Positions 12,237 to 23,995 of a stretch of 64,000 nucleotides of DNA are shown here, in pieces. Source of the DNA: Microbotryum violaceum (Eukaryota); assembly GCA_001244265.2 (NCBI GenBank), contig CDLV01000013.1, positions 806,001 through 870,000 of the forward strand, read 5' to 3'. Positions within the stretch are counted from its first letter, which is position 1; each line of letters opens with the position of its first letter. Below the pieces are notes generated by a model. It did no database searches, was not told where the DNA came from, and worked only from the letters and a program-made list of their open reading frames with translations. A program made the translations under genes and the position numbers.

Positions 12237-13606
12237 GTCGAGAGGATGGTGAGGATCTGGCGTAAAGAACAGTGGTCTATGAGGAGTCGAATGCGAGTTA
12301 TGGGAGGTTCGGACCAGCCGTACTCGTTGACAATGCACGTTGCGCTGTGGAAGCGGTAGGTTGCGAGATTACGGATGCGGATTCGGAGGAGAACTGCCTG
12401 TATGAGCTGCGCGCGCTGGCCGAATGAGGAACTCCGAGGGGTCGAGCAATCGACGCAGAACGGATCCCGGAGTGGAGTCTGAAGGGAGCAAGCAGCGCAG
12501 GAAAAAACACGACAAAAAGAACTGCTTCGGACGTAGACGACGAAGTGGTGTAGGAAGAGGAAGAAAGGCACGAAAAGCACACTACACAGATCGACGGTTG
12601 GTGACGAACCTGGGCGAGGGATCGGATAGAGATCGCCCCCGAGCTCGGGGTTCAATTTGGTGCCCTTCGGCAAAACGACAACCAATGGATCCTGCACGTT
12701 GAGGACATCCAGATACTTTTCATTACTCGTGACAATCTCGTGTGAGCTGAAGCTCTAGCCAGAAAGTAGGGGCAACCGTCCGTAGGGGCGTCGAACAACG
12801 CAACGTGCGCTCGCATCCGTCATCATCCGATCAGGTTTTGCTCAAAGCGGGTCGAACGCGTGCCGCCATTTTGGCGTGGACCCCTGCGCCTTTGCTTGAA
12901 AGAGGAAGGTTAGCCCGCGTGCCTAAATGGCACGCGCGCATGCAGGGACCGTGATCATCGCTCTGATTCCCAACTAAGTGCAACGCCAGGCGACCTGGAA
13001 CATTTTCAATCTGAGGCACACCTGTGCTGTGAGACTCGACTTTGCAATTTTAGGTAGGTGCCTTACTCAAGTGCCTAGCTAGTAGGCAGCAATCGGACGC
13101 CGACGATCCGCCTCGCCGGAAAATCTTTTGAGCGCTGTGGACACGCAAACCAAAGATCGTGGCCCGCCTTGCGCAGCTGACAGGACAAACGCAGTGGTAT
13201 AGCATCAAAATTAGTAATGGTGGACACAGCATCTTTAAGGAGTATATTTCTCCAACTATGACAAGGTCATCCCGAGCTAGAATCCTTGCCACCAGTTTTG
13301 AACTCGGGGGGCGGCAAGTTCGAAGCGACCAAGTCCGGCCAGGATTTAGCCGAGTGCTTCGGCGCGCGCGCTCGAGCTGTTCTCGCGCCAGGCGACTCTT
13401 GTCTTCGCGTCCTGGACTTCTCAAAGATCATCTTCGGCCGGCTTCCGGATTACTCTTGACAGAGTGACACGAGCCGAACTTCACGTGACCTTCCACGCCA
13501 CGCCCTTTGTGGCGTTTCCAATATCAGCTATCTCCCTCCAATGCGATTGCACACCTTTCCTATGAACGAGTGAATATGTAAAGAGAACACCTGGCCCTCC
13601 CTCTTC

Positions 13607-16058
13607 TCAATTTTCCAACCTCGCTTCCCTGGTCCTCTTGACCCCTCCCAAAGCTCTGACCACCCGAGCGACCAACTCGCCAATCCCGTCGGCCTGCACG
13701 AACCCTCTCCCCGTCACGCGACCCAAGACAGCGACGAGCAAGACCGCGATTCCTAAATCACCCATCACCCTTCGTCCAACCTTCATCAAACTCTGTACGA
13801 GCCTCACGAAGAGGCCGTACCAGCTCAGCTTGGGCAAGGTGCGTTGCGACGTCGGTGACCGAATCTTAAGCAGGACCAAGAGGCGCAAGAAGGTCAAGCG
13901 AAGCAACGAGATGGGTGAATCGAGATCCGTTGCTGTCGAGGTCGACGAAGAGGTGGAAGACCGTTCAAGTTCAGCCAGTCGTTCGTGAAGTGCCGTCAAG
14001 GAGGTTTGGATGCGATCGAGAGCGGCATCTAGGCCTGCAGGGGCGGCAGCCGCGGCGGCTACGGCTGTCGGCAGACGAGCGGCGGCCGCAGCGACCGTGT
14101 TGACCGTTGACTGGGTCGATGGAGGTCGCATATGCATCTGCATTTGCACACCCGGTGGATAGGCCACGGCGAGCTGCTGCGAGCCGCCCTTCGAAGGACC
14201 AGGGGAGGCGGCACCTGGCCGAGCGATATCAGCTGCCCCGTGCAGCATCGAAGCAGAAGGTGGCGGATGTTGGGGCGAGAACATGTGAGGGTGGGGCAGC
14301 TGTTGCGCAGGCGTATGAAACTGTGGCGAGGGAGCCAGACCTGGGGATAGCATGCGTTGCGGTGGTTGCATCATGTTTGACGGAGGTTGTAGCCCTCCAT
14401 GCGAGGATCCGGCGTATTGCTGCGGCGTGAGCGGTGCACGTTGGTATCCTGCAGGTACACCCAGAACAGAGCCACCTCGGGAAGACGCTGGTGGTTGATC
14501 GTAGTATTGTCGTGGCCTGCGACCCTCGTCAGACGAGGAGCTATACTCTTCCTCGTCGCTCAAATCTTCCGGACGGCGAGGCGAGTCGGCACGTGTCCGC
14601 GGTGGGCCATAGCCGGGTAACGAAGGTGCGACCGAAGCCGAGGTGATGGAAGCCGGTGGTGGAGGTCCGGCATGGTGACGATGTGAAGAAGGTTGTGGCG
14701 GGGCTCTCCCACGGATCGACTGAGGAGTCGGCGCTGGGGCTGCTCGTCGCCGGGAGGAAGAGGCCTGCGGCTGTCGCCGATGACGGGGATCCTCACCTTC
14801 TGTCGATGTCGACGATGATGACCCGGCAGATTGTACAATTGAGCCTGCGGCATATGGTGCTGGCAAGATCAGCCTTGCTCCTGACATCTATCGTCGATGA
14901 GGGCCGCGGCCCAGCAGAACCTACCCGACATGACCATGCCCCTCGGGTCGAGAGAGAACGTCTCGAGTTCGCGAATCAGTTCGATCGCTTGCGGTCGATC
15001 AGAGTAGCCTTTGAGGATCTTCCAACATGGTTATCCGCCTCCAAGGTCAGATCGCCGGCCAATACAATCCTCAACACCACGTCGAGGGGCTCACCTTGAG
15101 CAAACCCTGAACGTAGAGCCGCTCGGCCTCTTCCGGCGAAAGTCCCTTCTTCTTATTCCAAGCGTCCCTGCGTCTCAAGCAAGAGCAAAAGCATCAGATC
15201 TGAGCACTCCGACGCTGGCCGAAGCAAGCTGAGCCGTCGCTCGTAAAACGCACCACTTGGCCTTGCCCAACACGTCCAAGATGCCCGGGCGCGGTACTTT
15301 GATGTCGCCTTCGGTGGCTGTAGGAGCCCGCGCGAAACCAGACGAGGTCAGCTTCGACGCTTCGGTATGAGAAAAAGAGCTGTTGCAATTGCAAGCTTTG
15401 CCCACCTTGTTTGTAGACGCTACAAAATTCGACGAGGAACGGAAAACACTAGATCAGCCCATCTTTTTGGGTTCGATCGCGCTAGGGTCGTCGTAGCGCG
15501 CGCGCTGGGGGCGTCAACACATCGATCTTGGCGCAAAGGGAAGGACATACCTGTACAGCAAGAGCTTGTCATCGTAATTGGTTTGGATAGGGCCAGTCCG
15601 AGGAAGACTATGCGGTGATTTTGGGGTGAAATTAGTTACGGATTCAGTTCGAAGGGTGTATCGATCCCGGATGAGTGAGGACGACGAATACGACGCGTGT
15701 GAAACAGGACGACCAGAGTGCCAACTCACGACTGGACGATGTCGACCGCCCTTTCGAACCTCCTGTGATTTGGAGAGTAGAGTGAAAGGTCTGAGGTCAG
15801 TATTTCACTCTTCAAGTTGTGATGCCCTCGCCGGGGACCGATGGCTCGCCGCTCCGTCCCGACGAGTTGCTTGCGCATCACCCCACCTTTCCCCCTCTCC
15901 CCCGGCTATCGATCGCTTCCCACTCGCCGGACAGAGAGCTCCGCTCAACTCGCCAGCACCGATGCAGAAGCGCAACCGACTTACGCATGCACCCAATCGG
16001 CTGTATCAGCACCGGGAGGAAGGACGATCCCGCCACCATAGGAAGAGATGGACGTCAT
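13607..16058 (-). CDS. Acyl-CoA-binding (ACBP) domain protein with a long low-complexity region, coiled coil and C-terminal hydrophobic segments (ACBD5/Atg37-like architecture)
   Basis: Spliced N-terminus MTSISSYGGG...HARFERAVDIVQSLPRTGPIQTNYDDKLLLYSVYKQATEGDIKVPRPGILDVLGKAKWDAWNK matches the ACBP consensus (YKQAT.GD...RPG..D..GKAKWDAW). Large last exon has LDRIQTSLTALHERLAELE and GDLGIAVLLVAVLG. Confidence 0.85.
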
Positions 16059-16311
16059 GGTCTCCTGCTCCGTCGAGTTCGAGGCGATGGACACTGGAAA
16101 GAAGCGAGTTGAGGTGCAGGCAGCTTGCGCGCAACTTGCCCGAGAGAGCAGCGCCGCGCTACTAGACCTCGCTCGGACCCACCGATGAAGGGTCTGCCAA
16201 ATTTAGGACTTTGTGTAGAGGAAAGAGGAACACACATCGTACATGCAGATTGATAGAACTGAAAACTGTCTTTTGATTTGAAAGCATTCGATTGCACGCC
16301 TCCGAACCTCT

Positions 16312-19136
16312 CTACTTCGCCCCCATCCCAGCCTTATTCATCCTCCTAAAGCACATCTCCAAGCTCTTCTTCAAACTCCCCTCATTCCCGACCCCAGGAA
16401 AACGTTGTAGATACCAACACAACGCAAGGGCTTTATCTTGCGATGGTTTGGGCAGTTTGATGAAGGGTCCGTACATGGAACCTCGGGTCGGGTGGGATAC
16501 GTGGAAGAATGGGGGTAGGACACCGATGAGGGAAGTGATGGTCTAAATTCAAGGCGGAGAGGGGAGAGTGTCAGTTTTCTGAAGAACGAGAGCGACAACT
16601 GAGGATGAGCAACTCACTGATTTCGCAAAGACGCCGCCCCCATCGGAGGAAGAGGTAGCGACCGTCTTGAGCAGGAAGGTCAAGACCATCTCCGAAGTCT
16701 GGGGGTGCTTGGTCCCGAGTTCCCAGAGGTACTTGGGCAGCGATAGGAGCCACTTGTCAATCGACGATCCTGACGAAGACGAGGCGGACGGGATTGTGAA
16801 TCGATCGATGTAGGCTGGGTCGGATTGTAACTATGTCAAAGGGGTTGGACCGAGTAAGTCAGTCGTCCTCAAAGCGGAAGCACCTCGGGACAGACCGCTC
16901 ACCATGACGATCCTCGCGATGAACAAAAAGCTCAACTTCTTCGTCTCCCCTCCCGCATTCGCCTTATCGAAATGATACAAAACAACCTCCCACAACGCAC
17001 TTTCTTTCTCCTTCGTCGTCGTCCGTTCATGATCCACAACCCCACTCTTGAGCCCCGAAGTCGAAGCCGACCGGTTCAACAAGGCCCAAATCGTAGGGAT
17101 CAAACATTCGATCGCTTCGACGCCCAAGGTTATTCCCAAAGGTTGACACGTTGATTTGAGTTCCCCTTTCAACGCGTCAATGACCCATTCTTCGACGTTT
17201 TGGACCATTAGTTCGATCTTGAAGCCGAATTCTTCTTGTTTTCTTAGCTTGGTTGCAGTCTTTTTCTTCAGCTTCCCTGCTACGGCCCTTGTCGCGTTCG
17301 GATGGGACACCTCGGAAGGATCGTTGAGCACGAGAAGAGAGGCGAGGGCAGAGAAGGATAGATTGAGAGACAAGAGTTGGTTCTTGGCTTCGTTCGAACG
17401 TTCACGCAGATCATCGGACCCAAAGGGGAAATAAGCTGCTGCATGACCCAAGAGCATAACGAGCGATTTTCTCGCTTCGTTCGTACTTGAAGACGTCGAC
17501 GTCAAGGCGAAAGATCGGCCTAGTTCCCTTTGGTAGAGCGACTGCGCTACGCCTACGACGGCGACGATGGCTGCGAGGTCAGAACTGGAGGAAGTGCTCG
17601 GAGATAGTGATTCGGTAGGGGAGAAGGCGGCCGGAGCAGCATCGAGGAAGGAGGAGAGCAGAGTCGGATGGAGGATAGATAAGAGTGTCGGGTTGGCCGA
17701 GGCAGTCGTGGAAGGGTTCGAGTAGGCTGCAGGAGCCGGGTGGACCAAGCCCAACGTGTCGAGCGAAAAGTCCAGGTCAAAGTTCGCAAACGCGAGTGGG
17801 TATGGCTCGATCGAATGACCTTCATAGTCATCATCTTGAATCCTCGTTACGGACGCAGCGGAAGGTGGGAAAGAGGCGATGAAGTTCTCATAGGATCGAT
17901 TCGACGAGAAGGAATTCGAAAAGTACCACGGCTGCGACACGGCTGTCGAAGTCGAGGTCGAGGCGACAGGGGTTTCTGGCGATAGAGCGACTTGCAAAAA
18001 TCTGGCCAAGGTTGAGAGCACAGCGAGACGGGACTAAAAGGCTCAATGAAATGTCAGTGTCGATTACAATTCGGCCAAAGAGAGGTCACGAGCAACTGAC
18101 AGCGGGAGAGAGGTCACTCGAGGCTACGGAGGTGAAGCTGCCCTGAGCAGCCGCCAACCCCGGATTGCGCACCCTCAGCACCCCCAACAGCGCCTCAACG
18201 ACCTTGCCTCCCACTCCCTTGTCCTCTAGACTTGCTTCTGCAGTTTGTAAAGCCGATCGATCATGACTATGGGCCTGGGCATCCCATCCTCGGACAATCT
18301 CGTCGGGGATCTTTTCTAGAAGGATGTCGAGCACCTTGAGCGCGTCGATCTTGACGTCTTGGTCCAGCGAGCTCAGACTGGAGATGTTGAAGAGAATGAG
18401 ACCTTTGGATACGCCCTTGAGGGCTTCGAGATCGAGACGGTCGGCGATCTTGACGAACAAAGCTCGGGTCGAAGCTCGCACGCTGGCAGAGGTGTCGGAG
18501 AGGAGATGGACGATGCACGAGACGAGTGGGAGGAGGTGTTGGTGCAGCAGGTGGGGGTGGGAAGTGAGAAGCTGGTCTATTTCGAGAAGGGCGTCCTTGC
18601 GTACGGGGAGCGAGTAGTGGCGCGATTGGACGAGCAGCTCGCTCAAGGTGTGGTTGCGCCGCGATACCGGTTCCGTCTTTGCGAATTCTGACAAAGATTG
18701 GTTCGGCAGTCCGATACCTGTGGTAGGTGGGTGTGGGAGGTGTCAGTTGAGGGTAGTATCTTTACACGGCCAATGCTCGACGGCACTCAAGCGAAGGTGG
18801 ACCGTACTCTTTGAGGATATGGTGGTGTTTGTGGCATTGTTGGCGACCTGCTTGCCCTTGCCGAGCTTGAGTTTGGCTTTCTGTGAGGATTGATTGGATG
18901 AGTGAGCTGGATGTGGTGCACTTGGTCGCAGTGCGCCGCGCTGATCGCCGCTGTCGGGCTCGGTCGATTATTCGCACCGCAGCTCAGGAGCTTCGCAGCT
19001 GGTTCGGCAAGTGTGGGGACCGACGGGGGCTTCGACTTTGGATCGCGATCGACGGGGTATAAGTAAACGCAGTAGATGAAGAACTGACCGTAAAATCAGC
19101 GACTCGCGCCTTCTTGTGTTTGTTCGACTTGGGCAT
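16312..19136 (-). CDS. IPI1: Pre-rRNA-processing protein Ipi1/TEX10 (Rix1 complex); multi-exon
   Basis: N-terminus MPKSNKHKKARVADFT/KAKLKLGKGKQVANNATNTT, then LSELLVQSRHYSLPVRKDAL and LLSDTSASVR...SSLDQDVKIDALKVLDILL, typical of Ipi1_N; C-terminal KWLLSLPKYLWELG and GPFIKLP; stop at 16312. Confidence 0.85.
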
Positions 19137-19418
19137 GCTGGGTGTTGAAGTGAGTGAGGTGAGCCCGAGCTATTAGATAGAGCGCGATGTGAAGTCGAGT
19201 CGGACTTGGTCGTCACCGATCGCCGTTGTCAGGCGCAGGCAGTATCAGGCCCGGTCAGGCCGGGTCAGGCAGGCCGTGCCGAGCTTCGCAGCCAAAAGCC
19301 AAATAGTGAGCGGTCCGAGCTCAGGCGCGACGGGCCAGGGCAAGTTGCTCAACTTGGTTGCTTCTTCACTCGTGAGGGTCATCGCTCTTTCCCCGCAGCG
19401 CAGCACCTCCAACACGGG
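19137..19418. promoter_or_regulatory. Putative bidirectional promoter shared by IPI1 and DBP7
   Basis: Only 282 nt separate the divergent start codons (19136 minus, 19419 plus); contains a phased CAGGC motif cluster at 19230-19274. Confidence 0.6.
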
Positions 19419-22400
19419 ATGGACGACTTTATCATCAATTTCGATACCTCGTCAACATCCACCACCGGAGCTGCCGGCTCGTCGAGGCAGAAGGGAGGAC
19501 GATGGACCGACCGCGTCAAGGACAAGCGCAGGCAGCAGGCTCACAGCAGGAAGCAGAATCATCAGAGTCCCAACGGCTCCGGGAGCGCATCAGCATCACC
19601 CTCGACCTCGAGCAACCTTGGCAAGAGGCCCAGAGAGGCGAATGACGATGATCAGGGCGCGACGTCACGCTCCTCGGCGGCTCCCACCACGATCCGACCT
19701 AAAGGCTCCTTCAACATCAGGGCCAATGCCACCACTTTGCACGGCCAGGGACGAGACGACGATCAGACAGCCATGATCCAACCGAGACGAGGACCGCAGG
19801 CGAAGCGACCTAGCACATCGACCGCCGAGGCAGGAGCTGCCAAGCTCGCTCCGGGTCAGAAGAAGCAGTACATCTCGTCCCTCTTCACCGCCGAAGGATT
19901 GCCGTCGACCGCACCTGCTTTGCCCATCATTCCTTCTCAACCTTCCAACGCACCGATGCGAGCACGACCTGGTCATCCCGACGATGACGACGAGCAACAC
20001 GATGTCGAAGCCGACGTCGATTCGAGCATGGTCGTCGACCTCGAATCCAAAGCCGACCCAGCACCAGCACTGACCGCGCTCGGCATCATGCGCCCGTTGG
20101 TGCATCATCTTGCGAACAAGCTCAACATCACAGGACCTACCGCATGTCAAGCTGGTGCGATCCCTCCCCTCCTCCAAGCGATTCAGCCCCCAACCCCGTC
20201 TTCATCGTCATCTCCTCGAGCTCACGACGCCATCTTGCAAGCCCAGACCGGATCCGGCAAAACGCTCGCTTTCCTGCTACCGATGTTGCAAGATCTTCTC
20301 TCCCTCGATCGTTCCATTCTCCCTTCTTCCGCGTCCGCTCCGACCCGCTCGATCGGTACACTCGCCCTCATCCTAGCCCCGACACGAGAACTCGCCTCAC
20401 AGACCTACAACGTCCTCGAGTCACTCCTATCGCTGCCCTCCTCGTCCTCCTTCAACTTTCCCCCTCGAGCGTTGACCCCTTGTCTCCTCGTAGGAGGCGC
20501 AAACCGAACGCACGAGAAATCCCGACTGAGGAAAGGATGCCCCATCGTCGTCGCCACACCGGGCCGATTATTGGACCATCTCAAAACGACCGAGAGTTTC
20601 CGTATCGCCGGCGAACCGATCAAATCTCGTGGACCTCAAGGACGACCTGGAGTCACGGGCTCGAACTCGTCCGAGCTCGGTGTCCGGGGAGGGAAAAAGT
20701 TGGGTTTGAGGTGGTTGATTGTCGATGAGTGCGATCGATTGATGGATTTGGGTTTCGAGGAACAGATGAAGGGCGTTTTGGAAGAGTTGGAAAAGAGGTC
20801 GCCGGCGATGGCTAATCCTGGGCAGGGGAGGAGGACGGTCCTGTGTTCGGCTACGGCGAGCGATGGCGTCGATCGATTGGCAGGGTTCATGACTTTGCAC
20901 AATCCTGCTACGCTCAAGGCCGTCAACAAGGATCACAAGGGCGTCGTCGTTGCCGTACCGACACCGAAATCGACGATGGAAGGTGCCGGTCAGGATGGTC
21001 AGAGTCTCGAGGTTGCAATGGGCAACGATACAAAAACTTCCTTCACTCCACCAACTCAACTCGTGCACAACTACATTGTCTGTCCCCCCAAGCTCCGCTT
21101 CGTCGGCTTGATCGCCCTCCTCCGTCGACTCTTGATCAGTCCCAAATCATCGGGCAAGAACGGCGTCGGGACCAAGGTCCTCATCTTCTTGTCCTGTACT
21201 GCCGCCGTCGATTTTTATTGGGAGGCTCTAGGATCCATGGGAATGGGTCTAGCAGCATCAAATTCGAACGACTCGGAGGCTCAGACGAACAAACCCGAGT
21301 CGGCGAAGGAACGCGTTGAGAGGGAGAAACGAGAAGCCGAAGAAAAACGGACCAAACTTGCCTCCGATTCGGCCGTACTCCCCGGGGTCCCCATCTATCG
21401 TTTGCATGGAAACCTCGAGCTCGAGACGAGGCTGAACTCGTTGAAGGCTTTCGCGCACAAGTCGGTCGTGCAAAAGGGCAAGAATAAGGGAGCTGAGACG
21501 GAGAACGCCGTGTTGCTTTGTACGAGCGTCGCGGCGCGTGGTTTGGACGTGCCTTTCGTTTCTCATGTCGTTCAATACGATCTTCCGACCGAGGTGAGAC
21601 ATGTCGAGGTGGTGATCGATGCGCCCGAGGTACTTCACGCTGATCCTTTGACTCTTGTGTTTCACAGGGCGGTGTAACGGAATACGTCCATCGAGTCGGA
21701 CGAACAGCTCGAGCTGGTGCATCGGGCCAAGCGACCTCTTTTCTTCTTCCTTCAGAAAAAGAATGGGTCCCCTGGGTCGAACAAGGGATGCGTTCGGATC
21801 CTTCGACTTTGGCTCCGACGGCGGGTAAAAGGGAGGTCAAGCTGAGGGAAGTGGGTATTGAGGATGTGCTAAAGGATGGGTATGGGGGCGAGGGGAGGGA
21901 GTATGAGACGAGGGCGACGGACGTGCAAATGGGATTCGAGAGATGGGTCAATGAAGAGGATGAGGTGAGTTGTGCTCGCTTGATGCCCTCTAAGGTGCAC
22001 ATCAGCTAATACCGGTGATTTTGTTGACTCTAACAGCACGCCACTTTAGCACGCAACGCTTTCGCCTCCCACATCCGAGCCTATGCGACCCACCCCGCCG
22101 CCGAAAAAGCCATGTTCAACACCAAAGCCTTGCACCTCGGTCATCTCGCGAAGTCTTTCGGCATGCGCGAAGCCCCCGGAGCCCATCGTCAAAGCCTCAG
22201 CTCCAAATCGAAATCCACTAAGAAGTCTCGTTTACAAGCTCAGGAAGAGACATTGGCGATGGAGAAACCGACGATCAATCTGAGTGGTGGGTTCGAGGTC
22301 GGGAGGAGGAGTACGGGCCCGAAGAACCTGAAACAGTTGATGAGGGGGCCGACGGGAGATTCGGAGTATACCGTCGCGGATTCGGCGATGTTGGAGTCGA

Positions 22401-22441
22401 TGGCCAAACCCTCGGCTGGGGGAAAGAGGAGGAGGATGTAA
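19419..22441 (+). CDS. DBP7: DEAD-box RNA helicase Dbp7/DDX31 (60S biogenesis); 3 exons
   Basis: Motifs [72 protein letters not shown]; Dbp7-type C-terminus [39 protein letters not shown]; start MDDFIINF. Confidence 0.92.
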
Positions 22442-22636
22442 CATGGGGTAGTGCTGGTGGTTGGGATTGAAGTGCAATCTGTTTGGTTTGCACTGTATCT
22501 ATAACCGCGTCGAAGAGGGCTCGGCAATCTGGCCCAAGTGATCCAGACTTCCCGACCGTCTGAGCGAGTACATCTGAAGTAGCGCATCTCTTAGTAAATG
22601 AAAACAAGGCCTCGAGATATCTACGACATCATGCCG

Positions 22637-23263
22637 TCACTCCCCCCTGGCCTTCCTCAGTTCTACACTATGCAACTCCTCCACCTGATCCAACTCGTCC
22701 TTGGCAACCCCCTCCCTCCTCAGCCCCACCACATCCCCCTTTTCCCCACCCAAGCCTTCGAACAACTCCTTCCTCCCTCTATACTTCTTCTCCCACTCCC
22801 TATACCCCCCATCCAAAATCTTGACTTGCACTCCCTCGGGCCAATCATCATGTTCAGACAGCGCTTGAGCGGCCATAGGTCCGCGATATTGCGAGCGCAT
22901 GCAATGCGTGATCACTGTGTTGAGGCCTTGAGGGAGTCGAGGTTTGATGTGGGTTGAAATGATGGATTGAACGGAGGCGGGGGAGGAGAAGAGACGGGAG
23001 GAGAGCCATAAAGCTCGGGGGAGATTGCCACCGGGGAAATCGGACGTTCGTACGTCTGAGGTGCCAGGAGGGGTATCATGTGGGGGGGTTCAGTGTCGGG
23101 GCGTATGGGCTATGAGGGTGGGTGTGGGGTCTTTCCATGCCGAACTGCTCCGATTGAGTGAGATCTTACCGATGATGAGGAACGAATCGGGGTTCGGACT
23201 CGAAAGAATCATCTGCTCCACCTCGGTCGTGGAGATGTACGAAGGCGAAGCGGCGCGAGCCAT
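22637..23263 (-). CDS. Small Cdc25-like rhodanese phosphatase / arsenate reductase (Ych1/Ibp1/Acr2 family); 2 exons
   Basis: FLII/DVRTSDFPGGNLP, active-site loop HCMRSQYRGP (CX5R), and VKILDGGYREW. Confidence 0.85.
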
Positions 23264-23995
23264 ATTGGACTGGGAAAGCGGTATGGGCGACGAAGTCAAA
23301 TGACGTCGACCCCACCCGAAGTAGGTTTGTATTGGTTTGAACGTCGTGGGGCGGCGGGAAAGCGATCGTGGGTTCGCCGAGTTGCTAGCTTGAGCGGTCT
23401 GACAGGGGACAAACGACGTCACTCGTGAGCGCGTGAGCTCGGGCGGCGCTTCGTGCCAGGCTTCGGCGAGACCGAAAAAAACCCGGGTTTGCGGGCTTTG
23501 GTATTACACCTTCTGAGTCTTGACCACTGTGGTAAAAAGAACAAGAAGAAAGAACTCCAGGGCGCAAGATCTCTACATGCTGTTTTCGTGTAGACATGTT
23601 TGTTCTCTTTTCATGTCGAATTGATGGCGCTTACTAACCTACAAATGGTCGACTATCGCAGTCGCAAGCGAAACGGAGTAACAAAAACGTCAAGCCCGAA
23701 TGGGTCCGCCCGTAGCCGCCCGTTCGCCGCCGCTAGCCTCGACAGCTTTGGTACCTCGCCTCCGACGTCTCGAACCCCTGCACGACGCTCGACACCTCTC
23801 TGCATCTCCTACCGGTGGAGATTAGTGTGTCTTTCCGGTACATCGCAACCAGGCACGACGCCAAGACGGTCCACCCTCTCGCTGCCATCAAAAGTGTCGC
23901 ACATTCAGTCAACGCTCTACGCCGACGTTTTGATCGACTGTAGCGACTGCAGCTCGCCCGCGACCCCGGCATTTACGTGATCGACATCTTGCACC

